DNA of 63,557 nt, filler included, from Octopus bimaculoides (taxonomy: Eukaryota), in the NCBI RefSeq assembly GCF_001194135.2. It is 5 parts of 5 records of this genome, joined end to end, with 100 filler letters (N's around TTAATTAATTAA, not from the genome) between each part and the next. Parts side by side here need not be neighbours in the genome. Positions count along the whole stretch, not along the records: positions 58,479 to 63,557 come from NC_069002.1; 4 more parts are not named here. One strand, 5' to 3'. Both the position numbers and the translations under genes were made by a program. Positions 62,666-63,557 of this stretch are shown piece by piece (the stretch's first letter is position 1; every line of letters starts with the position of its first letter). The notes under the pieces were generated by a model. It worked only from the letters and a program-made list of their open reading frames with translations, was not told the DNA's origin and searched no databases.

Positions 62666-62928
62666 ATTTTCATATGGTCAGTTGTCAAAGTTGTTAGAAC
62701 ATCAGATAGAGTGTTGTGATATTTGTTCTGAATGTTAGTGCTCTGGGATCAAATCCAGCTGAGGTCAGCTTTCTTTCACATTTTTGCAGGACTGATAAAC
62801 AAAGCACCATCCTAATGATGCTTGTACAATTCCCGTCTCCCTCCACCTGTCACATCCTCAATGTTCACTTGTGCCAAGAGTGGAAGAACCAACAGGGTGT
62901 CCATTATCTTTTCACAACTCTACAGCCT

Positions 62929-63220
62929 CATCATCATCATACGTCCGTTTTCCATGCTGGCATGGGTTGGACAGCTTGGCAGGAACTGTCAAGGCTAAGG
63001 GCTGTACAAGGTTCCATCATCTGTTTTGGCTTGGTTTCTATACCCGGATGCCCTTCCTATTGCCAACTACAGAGTAAACATGCTGCTTTTTTCATGGCAC
63101 CTTGGTTTTAGGATCTCGATTCTCATGTGACGGGTGGGTCTTTTCGAGTACAGCAATGTGCCTCATAAAACAGTCTTCTGTCATCTTCTTTGTAAAGTTC
63201 AGCATTTTGAGATCGGCCTA
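62929..63220 (-). mobile_element. RTE LINE 3' end (3' UTR plus last ORF codons)
   Basis: (CAT)n-ACGTCCGTTTTCCATGCTGGCATGGGTTGG..GGATGCCCTTCCTATTGCCAAC. The segment GGGTGGGTCTTTTCGAGTACAGC parallels GGATGGGTCTTCTTGAGTACAGC at ~15740. Confidence 0.8.
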
Positions 63221-63520
63221 GATAGGGACCTAAAATAATTCTAAAAGAGTGTGATATAATTCTATCAAGTTGTTTCTGACTGTGAGGGCCGGCTGTAGTT
63301 TTTATGAGTCGTTAAGATATAAAGTAACATCGGAAAGTTTTTCTACTTCTTTCTACGATAAATTCTGTCCTGGTTCTCTTTGTACAAGAAATGGTGAAGT
63401 GTCTTCTGCAAACTATAAACAATCTCTTCAAACTGGCGTGTTTATTATAGAGGAATTATGTTGTTATCGATTTCACAGACAAATTAATGTAAATAAACTG
63501 CAGAAGATGTCTAAGTCTGA

Positions 63521-63557
<37 letters not shown>

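Overview
AT-rich, microsatellite-saturated, gap-ridden animal genomic DNA. The SINE/LINE/mariner inventory and the (CA)n/(TA)n/(TATC)n density fit a coleoid cephalopod, probably Octopus; this is an inference and no database search was run. No intact protein-coding gene is supportable, and almost every ORF in the track is a microsatellite or N-run translation. The window is a transposon graveyard. DNA transposons: a Tc1 remnant, two DD37D/maT-type mariners, a hAT-like transposase remnant and several MITEs (piggyBac-, Tigger-, hAT-type, plus an 8-bp-TSD MITE with a perfect telomere-repeat palindrome). Retroelements: RTE, R4/Dong-like and Penelope-like fragments and at least three tRNA-SINE families. 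The most interesting signal is a set of type I hammerhead ribozyme motifs: a nearly intact one at 25633-25710 (-) with a CCGAUGA core, an inverted pair inside a ~190-bp palindrome at 60546-60734, and decayed copies at 11508 and 41360. These resemble Penelope pLTR or retrozyme-type hammerheads. Four 44N-TTAATTAATTAA-44N linkers show the window is a join of separate contigs, so adjacency across them is unproven. Most repeat boundaries are approximate (read by eye).
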